Positions 26,842-38,556 of a DNA stretch of 64,000 nt are shown here, one piece after another. How positions within the stretch are numbered: position 1 is the first letter of the stretch; every line of letters begins with the position of its first letter. Origin of the DNA: Podarcis bocagei (taxonomy: Eukaryota); the NCBI GenBank assembly GCA_964188305.1, contig OZ076889.1, one strand, 5' to 3'. The notes beneath the pieces are model-generated. The model was not told the origin of the DNA. It did no database searches and saw only the letters and a program-made list of their open reading frames with translations. A program made the position numbers and the translations under genes.

Positions 26842-28656
26842 CTGTTTAAAAAATATTTTCACAATTACCATTTTTGGTGTAATTTTTCTACATGAAAATG
26901 TACGCTATGGCTGTATTTCCCTCAGAAAAATGCATCATTAATAGCATTGATAAGGTTGTCAAACATCACAAGGCCTACACTAAGAATAAACAATGTCAAA
27001 AAAAACCTCTTCTTGGTGTGTTTCCACAGCTCATCTCCAACCTCTGCACCAGGGATAGGGGAACAGATGTTTTTGAACTTCAACTCCCTTAGCCCTAGAG
27101 AGCATGGCCAATGGTCAGGGATGAGAGGAGTTGTAATCCAGAATCTTAAGGGTCACCAGTGCTCTATACAGGCCCATTTGCTGTTTCTTCCTGGCCACAA
27201 CTACCTATCAGCTCCTTTCACCTCACAGACAATCAATTGTCTTGTCATTAGTTTGATAGGAGCCAGTGGGGTCATTGAAAAGAGCTCAGTTTTCAGTCCC
27301 AGCCTATGGATAGTGTACAGTTTGAATTGCACCCTGAGGATGCTTAATTTAACTAGTTTGGAAGCTGCGTACTGGACGTACCATTTCCCAAACAAACAAA
27401 CAAAACTGGCATAGCGTCATCTTACTATAGTGGATAGAAGGTGTGCCAAGTTACTCTTTCTTATTTATCCTCTGGCTGAGAGCTCTGAGTGCAAAGAAAG
27501 CACCTCTTTAAAAAGAACACACACACCATATTGGAAAGTGTTAGACAAGAAGGCGAGAATCAATGGCATTGAGCCAGGATGGCTAGAGGAAACCTCTATG
27601 TTCCAAGGCAAGAGGCACTGAATACCAGTTGTTGGTGGATAATAACAAGGGGCAATTGCTTTCAAGGCAGTAGCACACCTGATCCACTTTGCTGCTAAGC
27701 ACCGAGATGAAAAACGGGAGTGGGGAAGTGACTGTAAGGTTGGTGCAGTGCACACACACCAATGAAGCCAACCCAATGCTCCTGTTGGCTTTGTTGCCAC
27801 CTCAGACCTCCCTCTCAGTTTGCAGCAGCAATGCATGCAACCAGAAGCCAGGTGAGTGCTGCTTTCACTGTGGGCCACCAACAACTCCAACTTCAATTGT
27901 ACCTCTCATCCTACATCTTACAAAGCTCCGTTTTAGTGTCTCCGTTAAAAACAAACAAACCCAAATGCAATATTTTCAGGAAAAAACAAGCAAATAATAA
28001 ACAAAATCAAAATGGGGCACTGAAACCACAAACGATTTACTGTTTTCCAAGGAAAGTATTTGGAAGGTATTTTAAGAACTTACATGCCAATAAGCCCAAG
28101 AAGAAACAGAGCTTTGTACTGGATAAAGGGAATTCAGTAGCACAAACATAATATGCTTACATACTAAGCTTGTTATGTGTTCATCTTTAGATTTAAACTT
28201 TGCTGGAATTTAAGTATTTTTGGTACTCATCTTCGTAAGAAACTTGCACATTTTAAATAATTGTAACACAATGAGTTGGCGTATTTTGATAACTTATGAT
28301 AAAATTGACTCTATTCGATCTCATGTTTTCAAAATATAACCACAATAAATGGAACGTCTCTAATCAACTATATGACATCAACAGCCATGCTAGAACAGTA
28401 AGTTCTGGGCTTCATTAGTGGTGATTTATCAAACCGTGTATCTTACTATGGCAGGATGCCAAAATGAACAGTTTTACAGTTAACAAAAATGCTGTAAACA
28501 AGTATGAGAAGCCAAGGAGATCAGGATTACCCAAGGATTCTTGAAGGAGGAACAGAATCAGCTTCCTGTAGTGATATTTCTCTTTTAAAATGAGTATGCA
28601 TTCTAAAACCATGCTAAGTTTTACGTAAGTGGACACCAAAAAGCAGAAACACATAC

Positions 28657-28710
28657 CCTCTTTTCCATCTCAAGCATACTCGAACGATCAGAGGTTTTTT
28701 CTTGCTTCTG
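28657..28710 (-). CDS. PPP1R12B: PPP1R12B coding exon, QKQEKTSDRSSMLEMEKR
   Basis: Acceptor caatag, donor AGG|gtatgt; 54 nt. Confidence 0.95.
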
Positions 28711-28962
28711 CTATTGAAATAAAAAACCAAAGTTATCACAAAAGTAGAAAGTATTACAAAGAAATACTTTCCAAATAAAATCAGAATTCTTAAGAAACCA
28801 AGCAATATAACATTACAGCACAACTGCTTCTATTTTATCATTTGTCTGAGAAGCAGTGATAGCCCTCCTTCAAATGCTATTAACTCCTTATCACCAGGGC
28901 CAAACATTTGTTTCCATCTAGCTGCAATCCCAGTACATCCCTTGTTTCCTAGGTCTCTTCAC

Positions 28963-29067
28963 CTGGGCTATTTTGTCAATTTTTGTCTTGATATCGACGA
29001 GCTCCAACTGAGCATCTTGCAGTTTTGATTTCAGCTTTTGATTTTCAGACAGAGCACTTTCATAGAG
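28963..29067 (-). CDS. PPP1R12B: PPP1R12B coiled-coil exon, LYESALSENQKLKSKLQDAQLELVDIKTKIDKIAQ
   Basis: Acceptor ctatccag, donor CAG|gtgaag; 105 nt. Matches the C-terminal PRKG1-interacting coiled coil of MYPT2. Confidence 0.96.
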
Positions 29068-29778
29068 CTGGATAGAAAAAAGAGAAGTGGAGTTAACTCA
29101 CAGTATCATCTATTGAAACATCAACAGTCATTTAATGCAGTTAAATAGATGCCCGTCCTGCTGCTTTCAGACCCCGGAGACCAGATTTTACCGCAGCCGT
29201 ATTAAATGTAAATCATTATCTTCATTTATTGTAGAATAGGAAGTTAAAAAACCAACGCACAAAATTCCTCATGCAAACTCATGCGTATATTTACTTTAAA
29301 AACAACAACTCTCTTCCAGGGGAACCCTAGTGCTCCTTGGAAACTTATCAGGTATTTCTGAATTAGAAGACTGGTAATGGCAAACAGGTTTCCCTAAAAG
29401 AAGCTGAACAACTGATCCTGCCCGGCCTCAAGAGAGATCTAATCATTATTCCAGAGTACATCCTTTCCGTTCATGTGAAATGAAAGCAAGCTCCAATAGC
29501 GCTCCATAGAAGAACCTGAAAATATGCCACGCCCAAGGATTCCATGTAGGCAAATCCACCAAGGAAAGGGTCCCCTAAACGTGTGAATGCCACTACTCCG
29601 TTAACTCAATGAATCCTAATCTGAAGGGATGCACAGCACTCCGTTCAGGCCATTCCTACTGCCTTTCAACTATTACTACTAACATTAAAGCATATTTTGT
29701 GTGGCAACTGCTACAAATAGAAGCAAATCCGTTCCTGCCCCAGCACCAACTCAACAAGCAATTACACCAGGTGGCACT

Positions 29779-29999
29779 AGTTGCAGATAGGTAGCCGTGT
29801 TGGTCTGCCATAGTCAAAATAAAAAAATTACTTCCAGTAGCACCTTAAAGACCAACTAAGTTAGTTCTTGGTATGAGCTTTCGTGTGCATGCACACTTCT
29901 TCAGATACGTATTTCGTATGCATGCACACCAAAGCTCATACCAAGAACTAACTTAGTTGGTCTTTAAGGTGCTACTGGAAGGAATTTTTTTATTTTGAC
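29779..29999 (-). mobile_element. Short Penelope-like pLTR insertion with 5' inversion and target-site duplication
   Basis: Inverted arms ~29813-29896 and 29916-29999. TSD CAGGTGGCACT at 29768-29778 and 30000-30010. Terminus cagaccaacacggctacc is typical of reptile Penelope-like elements. Confidence 0.82.
29871..29908 (-). ncRNA. Intact minimal type-I hammerhead ribozyme motif, sense to the PPP1R12B pre-mRNA
   Basis: Minus strand reads GTAT-CTGAAGA-A-GTGTG-CATG-CACAC-GAAA-GCTC-ATAC: 4-bp stem I, 5-bp stem II, palindromic AGCT stem III, predicted cleavage after CUC. Confidence 0.75.
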
Positions 30000-30496
30000 C
30001 AGGTGGCACTGTACACTTTCTGCTCCGTAACATGCAAAATGGCAGAACATATTTTAGCAAATGAAATAACACTGATCTTCCAAGTGAACTATTCAGAAAG
30101 TTGGATGTCTTTCCAGAGATCTGCACGACATCTCAAGTTTTACAGTGCAACAAATCCACATTTTACAGATGCGAAATATTGGTGACCTGCCCAAGGCTGC
30201 TCAGCACACCTATGGAAGAGGCAGTGGGTAGAAACACAAATGTACCAGTGCCAAGCCCTGTTGAATGCTCTTAATTCTCCTCATTCAGCTTGCTCTCTCA
30301 GTTGATGCTTATTTGTCTTTAGTCCCTCTTTGTTGGGACTATGCTGTATTGGCATTTGTGCATATATATTTTTAATGTTTTTCTTTTCTTTTCCAACAGA
30401 GTCTAGCTTTATGTGAAATTGCTGCTTATTTGATTAATGAGGGGTGGGGGTGGGGAAGAAAGAAGGCCTGAAGGCCTGTCCATTTCAATTACTCAC

Positions 30497-30641
30497 TCTT
30501 TTATAATCCTTGCTACTGTCATCCTCCGTCCTGCTGCTGAGGGCAGCCAGGCGATTCTCTCTTCTGGTATAGGCACTGCGACCAGAGGGCCGGTCCCCGT
30601 AGGCATCGCTGGTGCCAGAACTTGAACTTGCTGCGTCCAAC
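30497..30641 (-). CDS. PPP1R12B: PPP1R12B coding exon, LDAASSSSGTSDAYGDRPSGRSAYTRRENRLAALSSRTEDDSSKDYKR
   Basis: Acceptor tgatgccag, donor AGA|gtgagt; 145 nt. Ends in a DYK(K/R) motif that precedes the coiled coil. Confidence 0.93.
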
Positions 30642-31083
30642 CTGGCATCAAACATGATATAAAAACAGCTTCACTCACTTTAAGACCACTTACAGTCTTG
30701 TATCATTCTCAATCACTATTTTTCAAAGTTTTAGTGTTTGGGTAATTTAGGGCGGGGGAATTAGGAGAGTTGCAGAGAGATACCCTATTATATGTGACAA
30801 AAAAAGTGTTTCCCAATAAATACTTTCCTCTAACTCAAATGTGTGGGAAAGATAAATTCAAGTAAATAGAAAAACATCTATATCCTTTTGCTGCTCACTG
30901 TTAAAACAAACTTGGTTTGGGGAAAGGAAAGCGAGTTCATATTATGTAAGGGGTGCCTACTAAGTCACTGACAGGTTATCAGGATTCCTGATTCTAACTT
31001 CATAAGCAGTTTAGAGAAAAATGCTGAGAAGAAACATATAGAAATGTATGCTTTAAGAAAAGCAGACATTCTGAATAGCTTAC

Positions 31084-31100
31084 CTGGAAAGCCTCTCATG
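31084..31100 (-). CDS. PPP1R12B: PPP1R12B 17-nt microexon, HERLS(R)
   Basis: ctcttatag|CATGAGAGGCTTTCCAG|gtaagc. Required for frame continuity and matches MYPT2 HERLSRL. Confidence 0.92.
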
Positions 31101-31541
31101 CTATAAGAGGGAGAAAAAAGAAAACACGATTAGCAACAAAACAAAGATACCAGTGTTAACAGCTACTGAAGCCCGACAATTGTGAAAGCGATTGACAAGT
31201 GACTGCACCATAAATCCAATGGGGTGAAATTGCTGCACCTTATCTATAGGTTCATTTGAACCAACTTAAATAAATTGAAAAACATTCAAGGCTAAGAGAA
31301 AATCCTGTTGTAAACATACATACAATCTCCATAAATTTTTTACACACAGTTTACATGAAGGGGACCTTTATTACTGTCCTACACTATGTGTGTGTGTGTG
31401 TATTAATATATGTGATATATAAAAACTGATATTTGTAAAGTTCTGTTCTGAAGAATTGCATGTATTGTGAATTAAAGCCATTTCATGACAATGAGCTCTA
31501 ATCATCCTTACATGGATAAATGCAATAAGTGGATTCATATT

Positions 31542-31975
31542 TGTCAGGGAACTGCCATCGGAGCTAGAGGCGGAGGGAAGGCTCCAGAGGGATGCCGGAG
31601 AGGGTCCCAGTAGGGAGAGAGGCAGCCCATCTGCTGGGGAAGGAAACAGCGTAACACCAGTGGAGAAGGGGGGCAGATGGGGGAATCGGAGAGGAGGCTC
31701 CAAGACTCCTCGCCAGAGACCAGCGGAGAGAGTACAGGCACTCCATTGCCCACACCCTCCCTGCGCAGAAGACTTCCGCGCAGGGAGAGTAGGAGGAGAC
31801 TTGGCGTCAAACAACTTTTATGCTGGAAAAGGTTCAAGAAACGCCCACTGACGGATTCTGCCAGCAACTGAGACAGTCACGATGCTGGAGGCTGTTCAGT
31901 CAGAAAGGGTTCAACCAGGTAACCTCACCAGCAGCGGCGGCAACTTACGCACGAGCAACCCCTAAATCCATTACA
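31542..31975. mobile_element. Solo LTR (434 bp)
   Basis: GC-rich block starting TGTCA and ending TTACA, flanked by an exact 5-bp TSD ATATT (31537-31541, 31976-31980). Confidence 0.75.
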
Positions 31976-33633
31976 ATATTCATCCAAGTAATCCACACAA
32001 TAAGGGTGAGTGGAACATTCATAACGAGACATACACACTATTTTGTAGTAGTAGTAATAATAAAATAATAATATAATAAATAATAATAATAATAATTGTC
32101 TATCTGGCTGTCTTGCAACATATCTAAAAACATAATAAAAACATAAATCCTGACAATCGTCCATAAACTGGGCTGCAATATTAAATCTTACAGACGAAGT
32201 GTGTGCCTCAGAACCTGTCCAAAGATGAGAAAAACAAAACTGTGTCAGAAGCAGCAACTTCTACACATGGCATCCAGGGTTCCAAAGGGTTTAGTGAAAG
32301 GGTTTGAAATGTTTGTGTAATAGCAGTTTTGTGACTTGACAGATGGGGAAATATATTTATACTGTTCGGAAATGAGTTGTTGTGAGTGCAGAAGCATCCA
32401 TCACGGCTATCAGACTTGCATCTGATCAAAAGGTTAGAGTTGTCAAACTAACATCTTTAGTGTCCCATTGATTATACTCTGAAAGCACTATAAATACTCA
32501 GAATACTTAGCAATGCCTATAAATAGCTTGTTTCCCTTCTTGCTTAGGTCTGGGAGTTTACATATTTATTAGTCTAATGTTAATAGAGGTTTGTGATTGA
32601 TTGGGTTCCATGTGAGAGCTTGATCCAAATCTTAATTGAATAATTCCATTAGAACTCGGGAAGGGAAGGGTGAACATTGGTTTTGTCTTCTTGGTTTACA
32701 ATGAAAACCATAATCTGCAATTTCAGTGAAGTCTAACTGAGACAATATATGGAATCTTTCTCCTAACAGAATCTCACCGGACCTTTGTCCAATTTCTGAG
32801 CATTCTAAGGTAAAACACTGTGGGGATAAAATGACAATTTTATGTCATAAAAATGACATTCTACCAGTTCAGACATGGTGTATGTAAAAGGTAAAATAAG
32901 ACCAGGCAGAACCCAGGAAACAGAATGTAATAATAATAATAAATTTTAAGCTAAAGGATGTAATTCTAACCACACTTTCTTGGAAGCAAGTTCCACTGAA
33001 GCAGTGGGACTTGTAACTAATGCATTGTCGAGTTACCCAAGTGAATAAAAACTTAACAAGTTACAGGAAGTGATTTGACATTTCAGATGTTGCTCCTTGG
33101 AAAGCTTAGACCTTTTCCAGTACTTGGAATCCTTGGACACGCTTGGCCTATTTGTATCCCACATAAACCAAGATTGCATGATTAAGTTTATGAAAACTAA
33201 GGTTGGGACAAAAGCGAACTTTCTCTGAGCAGCTGTGTTATGAATTTATTTAGAAAGCAGAGCCAACTCTTGACATTACTGCAGCTGTTGGTAATGGCTA
33301 CATTTTAATCAAGGTTCCTAAGCAGTTCACATCACGAGGCCAGCACAACTGGCTACAAGCTTTCTTGGGAGAGAGGAAAGAATGATTGGCAAATGTTTTT
33401 CCCCCTCCTGAGATGAGAAAAGAAACTCATTTCCCACTTCTTGAAGAAACTCACATTTAACAAATCCCAGCAAGAGCAACTGATATGAATACCACCCTAT
33501 ATAAACAACATGTATGGAGCTCAATTTCTCTCTGTCCCTTGAATAAACTTAGGTAAAATGTACTACATAAATAGACATATGTGCAAACTACACTTTATGT
33601 GAATTTTAGAAATTAGAATTACATCATAAAGAC

Positions 33634-33982
33634 CACGGGTCGGCAACATGCAGTCCATGGGCTGGATGCGGCCCACAAAGACCATTTTACTGGCCCACAA
33701 ACCAACTCCAAACCGAGCCGCCCACTCAGTGAGTCCCCGGTGTGCTGCACTAAACCGGCGTAGAGGGGCGCAGGGACACACCGAGCGGCGCCAGAAATCG
33801 CATCTGTGCACGCACAGATTCCGGAAATCATTTCCAGCGTCTGGGCATGCACAGAAGTGATTTCCGGGGTACTGCGGACATGTGCAGATGCGATTTCCGG
33901 CGTCGCACTGTGCCAGTCCAGCCCACGGACGATCTCCACTGGAGTGACCCACCCCATGGCTGGTAAGCCTTGCTGAACCCTG
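33634..33982. mobile_element. Non-autonomous hAT DNA transposon (MITE)
   Basis: TIR-like ends cacgggtcggcaa and ttgctgaaccctg. Exact 8-bp TSD ATAAAGAC (33626-33633, 33983-33990). Confidence 0.85.
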
Positions 33983-35309
33983 ATAAAGACAATAATCTCC
34001 TATGCTTGGGTTTGTTTTTTAAGTGGAGGCAGGGGCACTTCCACTGTTCTTTCCCCCCTGCAAGATAGGTTATTGATGCTCTCCATCCCTGCCCCCCAAT
34101 TCATGTATGCCCATGAAATACCTTGAATATGGGCATCCAATTTCTGTTTCTTGTCCTTCACCTCAATCACTCCTCTCCCTTTCCCTATTCTGGGCACACA
34201 TAAGTCTTTCTTCACTTGTGCATGCACTCCTCTACCAAAAGGCCCAAAGAAATCCCAAGAAGCATGCAAGAGTAAAAAAACCAAAGCCTTGGGTTATCAT
34301 GTTTCACAATGGACAAAATGGAGACATGAGCTCCTCCTAGCTGGGGTGTTGTAATTCAAAGCAGGCAGCAATCAGTAGTTATTGGCGTTGCTGTAAATGA
34401 AAAGGATTGTGCTCAGGTGAGGAGCAAATGCACACAGCCCTGTGACAGTAGAAGCCACCCACCACACACATGATAAATCACCCATTAACAAATCTGCTGA
34501 CAGGATTCCACACCAGCAATATGTTATACTTGCCAGATTTCTTACAGAATGGATAAATTTGGATTAAATGACTAAAGATGAAGAGATGGAATTTTGATGA
34601 CACTGATGTTATATGAATGGTGCAAAGAAACAAAAAGCCCCAATGTGCATGTGTGAGTTTCAGAATTAATTCTCATGTGGAAATACCCTGAGAGAAAACT
34701 TCATAAAATTGGGCTTAGCTGACCTAACTGTGAACCTGTAGCAGCAGATGGTAAAATAAACAGAAAGGGGCAAATAAGTTGCTGCATAGCTTTTTCTTTT
34801 ACCATACATACTTCATTTCTGTTTTTAATGTAGAAGAACAGGGTTAGGTATTGGCAATTATTCTGTGAATTTGGACAACAAAAGGATTGTAAAGAGCCAG
34901 GAAAAGCATAGAATTTTGATTGTAGATATATGCAGGATTATGGAACATTAGAGTCCTACATTTAAACTCAAAAGGTTCTACAGATGGCATAAGTGTAATT
35001 AAAAGCATGCTCCTTTTACAGCAATGCAATTTTAAAAGACTGAGGCATGAACAGCTGAAGTCTCCTGCCAAAAGAGAAACTGGCTTAATTGGCTGCAAAT
35101 GCTTTCTTCTGTGGCCAACATCTGACCCCAAAAGGAAGGAAAGGGGAGGGAAAGTATGATATTTACATGTTTTGCGAACAAAAATGTTTCCAACATTTAT
35201 GCTCCTCTCCAACTGGCTGAGCTAACAAAAAACAAGGCTTGCTTAGACTGCATAGCAAAATCTAGTTTGCTTTGGGTATTAATTACTGCCCTTATATGAG
35301 TGGATGAAG

Positions 35310-35311
<2 letters not shown>

Positions 35312-35362
<51 letters not shown>
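35312..35362. repeat. (TA)n microsatellite, left flank of the inverted element
   Basis: Read directly from the sequence. Confidence 0.97.
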
Positions 35363-35365
<3 letters not shown>

Positions 35366-35414
35366 GGTTTTGGTGTCTTCGGGTGTCTTCCCGTGTAAGA
35401 GTTGGGGTGTCTAG

Positions 35415-35452
35415 GCGACGTTTCGACGAGGTCTCACTCGTCATCTTCAGGC
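35415..35452 (-). ncRNA. Mirror copy of the hammerhead motif, sense to the PPP1R12B pre-mRNA
   Basis: Exact reverse complement of 36259-36296. Confidence 0.65.
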
Positions 35453-36258
35453 TGGTGCTTTCGGCTTCTTGTTACTAGAACAGAGCAGGGTCTCAGTGTT
35501 TGAGTTCCTATAAATACTGTTGAGGGGGTGTGGTGTATAGCCTCCAACGTTCTGGGCAGAGAGGAAGTTCCCAGGTTAATGTGCCTTTTCTTCTTTTGTT
35601 CATTAATTACTTGAGGGATATCTTGAGTGATTACTTGAGTGATATTCTGAGTACCACTTAGGAGGGTCATTAGGTGTGGATTAGTTGCTAAAGCTTTCGT
35701 GTCTTGACCTCTTGAGCTTGTGAAGAGTTTTCTGAGAAGATGGCTGTACTGCACTTAGTTGTGCTCTGGCTTGGCTTCGTGTATAGGGGCGAGCTGTGGT
35801 TTTGTGCCCTGTGTCAGCCAGATCTGTGTAGGGATTGCTGGGGGGTGCAGCAATCCCTACACAGATCTGGCTGCAATCCCTACACAGATCTGGCTGACAC
35901 AGGGCACAAAACCACAGCTCGCCCCTATACACGAAGCCAAGCCAGAGCACAACTAAGTGCAGTACAGCCATCTTCTCAGAAAACTCTTCACAAGCTCAAG
36001 AGGTCAAGACACGAAAGCTTTAGCAACTAATCCACACCTAATGACCCTCCTAAGTGGTACTCAGAATATCACTCAAGTAATCACTCAAGATATCCCTCAA
36101 GTAATTAATGAACAAAAGAAGAAAAGGCACATTAACCTGGGAACTTCCTCTCTGCCCAGAACGTTGGAGGCTATACACCACACCCCCTCAACAGTATTTA
36201 TAGGAACTCAAACACTGAGACCCTGCTCTGTTCTAGTAACAAGAAGCCGAAAGCACCA

Positions 36259-36296
36259 GCCTGAAGATGACGAGTGAGACCTCGTCGAAACGTCGC
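36259..36296 (+). ncRNA. Minimal type-I hammerhead ribozyme motif (Penelope-type)
   Basis: CTGAAGA (36261-36267), T, stem II GACGAG-TGAGAC-CTCGTC, GAAA, CGTC. Palindromic ACGT stem III. Stem I is only 2 bp (GC/GC). Confidence 0.65.
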
Positions 36297-36377
36297 CTAG
36301 ACACCCCAACTCTTACACGGGAAGACACCCGAAGACACCAAAACCTGCATTCCTGTACCCGTGAAAATCTACGAAAG

Positions 36378-36380
<3 letters not shown>

Positions 36381-36434
<54 letters not shown>
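36381..36434. repeat. (TA)n microsatellite, right flank of the inverted element
   Basis: Read directly from the sequence. Confidence 0.97.
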
Positions 36435-36437
<3 letters not shown>

Positions 36438-36997
36438 ACAAAAACAATGGCTTGATGGTTGACTGAACTCCCCTGCCCCCCCCCCGGCAAATGGTTTTTT
36501 CCTCCAAGCTTTTCATGCTTATCTTGTCCTGTTCACAGTCCTTTCTGGAAACTGCTTCAGCACCATTCATTAAGTTTTATTTCCTGCAAACTACATATTT
36601 CCAGCATATCAGGGATCATGTAGCTAACACGACAGCACCATGGTGCCACACAGCAAGGTTAAGCTGTGTAGCAATGTCACTGGGGAAAGCAACATTGTTT
36701 TAGCTCTGAATGGAAAGGACAAGAGAAAACACATTGGCCCACTTCTGAACAAGTGAAATAATGCTTCCTGTTGTGCCCCACTGTGGTGGCAAGCAAAGAA
36801 ACTATTGGTGGACTGCAGAAAACCAAGCGACCCCATTGGACTAAGGAGACAGGTGATCTGGAGCCTACACCTATGCACCAATCACTTACTGCCCAGGTAG
36901 CTAAATTCTGGCCCTCCAGATGTTGCTGAACCACAGTTTCTATCAATCCCAGCTAGTATGGTCAGTGGTCTGGGATGATGGGAGTTCAGCATATATA

Positions 36998-37222
36998 CCG
37001 TATTTTTCGCCCTATAGGACACACTTTTCCCCCTCCAAAAATGAAGGGGAAATGTGTGTGCGTCCTATGGGGCGAATGTAGGCTTTCGCTGCGCACCGAC
37101 CCCTCTCGCTCTCCAGGCTTCAGGAAGCTATCCGCAAGCCTTGGGAGCCTGCGGGAGTTTGCAGCCCGAAACCCGGGGAGCGCAGCAGAGTGCGCCCTGG
37201 GCTTCGGGCAGCTCTCCGCAAG
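36998..37222 (+). mobile_element. Tc1/mariner (Tc2-like) non-autonomous element, left part
   Basis: ta|ccgtatttttcgccctatagg TIR. Homologous to 51826-52293. Confidence 0.75.
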
Positions 37223-38556
37223 TGAAACAAACCCAAGTAACACTAATGAGAAGATGGAACACTGGTTGAAAAATACATTCCGATGGACAGAACAGAAAAA
37301 AACCTAAGCTATTTTCTCAACTGCTGTGGGAAGAATGATAACATTCTGCACCTGAAGAGATATTCTAGTGCTTCTTGTACTTTCTTGAGCTTTTCTAGCA
37401 AATGGTATCATAACTGATGTAGTTTACATTATGCTACATGTATTTTTAGGTCAATAAGGTACCACTGTTATATTCCGAGTCTGTTCACCCAGTTAACAGC
37501 CACAGAATGAGAATGGGGATACACATTATATTGGAAGCAATCCAGTGAGGATTGATCGCCTGTCATCTGGACAGGTATCTTATTTAAGCTGCCGCTCTTT
37601 ATTCAGTAAGCAATAGGTGAACACTAAGCCTGCTTCTCTGCTCCTGGACCAGAAAATCTATTTTGTCGCAGTGAGATTTCACTGCTTACACATGAACTTT
37701 GGCAACCCAGAGAACACTGGCTCTGTTGCTTCATTGATGGCTTAGATCCTTAGGGTGATCCCTCTTCTCTGCCCTCAGAACAATTTTACACCCTTTTGAC
37801 TCACTGAAAAGTTACCAAAGGTGGTCTTTTGGAAGGTACAAAAATACTTGCCAACTTGGTTCATGGTTTCAACTGAGCTGTCTTCTTCCATTTCTCACAG
37901 AAAAGTTTTAAGTCATGTTGAAAAGTAACTTAATGACTCACTTCAAGCAATTATTTCCAGATAACTTCCTGAAGCTCCAAAACAAAAGCAAATGTATTTT
38001 CAGGCCTGTTCTCCCCTCCTGCTTATGTGTGTAACATCCACTGATGTGCCACGTGCCTATAACCCAACAAGCTTGTTCTTGACCAAGTAGCTGAACCACC
38101 TCTTATAAAATTATCATGTTCAAAACTGGCTGAAACATAGAGCAGTTTTTCTACAATAGACTTTCATCCCAGCTCAAAACTTAACCAACAGCAGCTAAGA
38201 TGAGGTGGAAACTTTAGGGAAGGATGGTCTTTGTCCATAAAAGCCATGTCATTATAGTAATCTCCCAGACCATGAATTGTCTTGTTTTAGGCAAGAAGAA
38301 TGCTATTTTACTTAAGACTGATTTATAGGCTATGAATTATATTCACAAAAGCTGAAAAGAAGAGTTTAAATATGCATGAATGGAGAAGATTTTTATTTGA
38401 TGCCAATGTTAAAAAACAGGTGGCATAACTTGGCATTAAATCTTCATGGAACTTTTCTGTCTCTCCGCAGCAGAAAGGGTTACAGGATGCAACTGTACTC
38501 TACTATTAGTACAATAAGGACTGCATACCTTGTTCCATGAACAATTACTGCACTCC

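Larger units (their letters stand above)
35361..36380. mobile_element. Penelope-like (Neptune-type) retroelement 3' end/pLTR, present as an inverted duplication inserted into a (TA)n microsatellite
   Basis: Arms 35361-35838 and 35873-36350 are reverse complements (identical 106-aa mirror ORFs). Each arm carries a CTGAAGA-stem-GAAACGTC hammerhead motif. (TA)n on both sides. Subclade assignment is inferred. Confidence 0.8.

Noticed and set aside
35434-36277. Two identical 106-aa ORFs and two 96-aa ORFs on opposite strands
   Set aside because: They are mirror-image by-products of the palindrome, not a duplicated gene pair.
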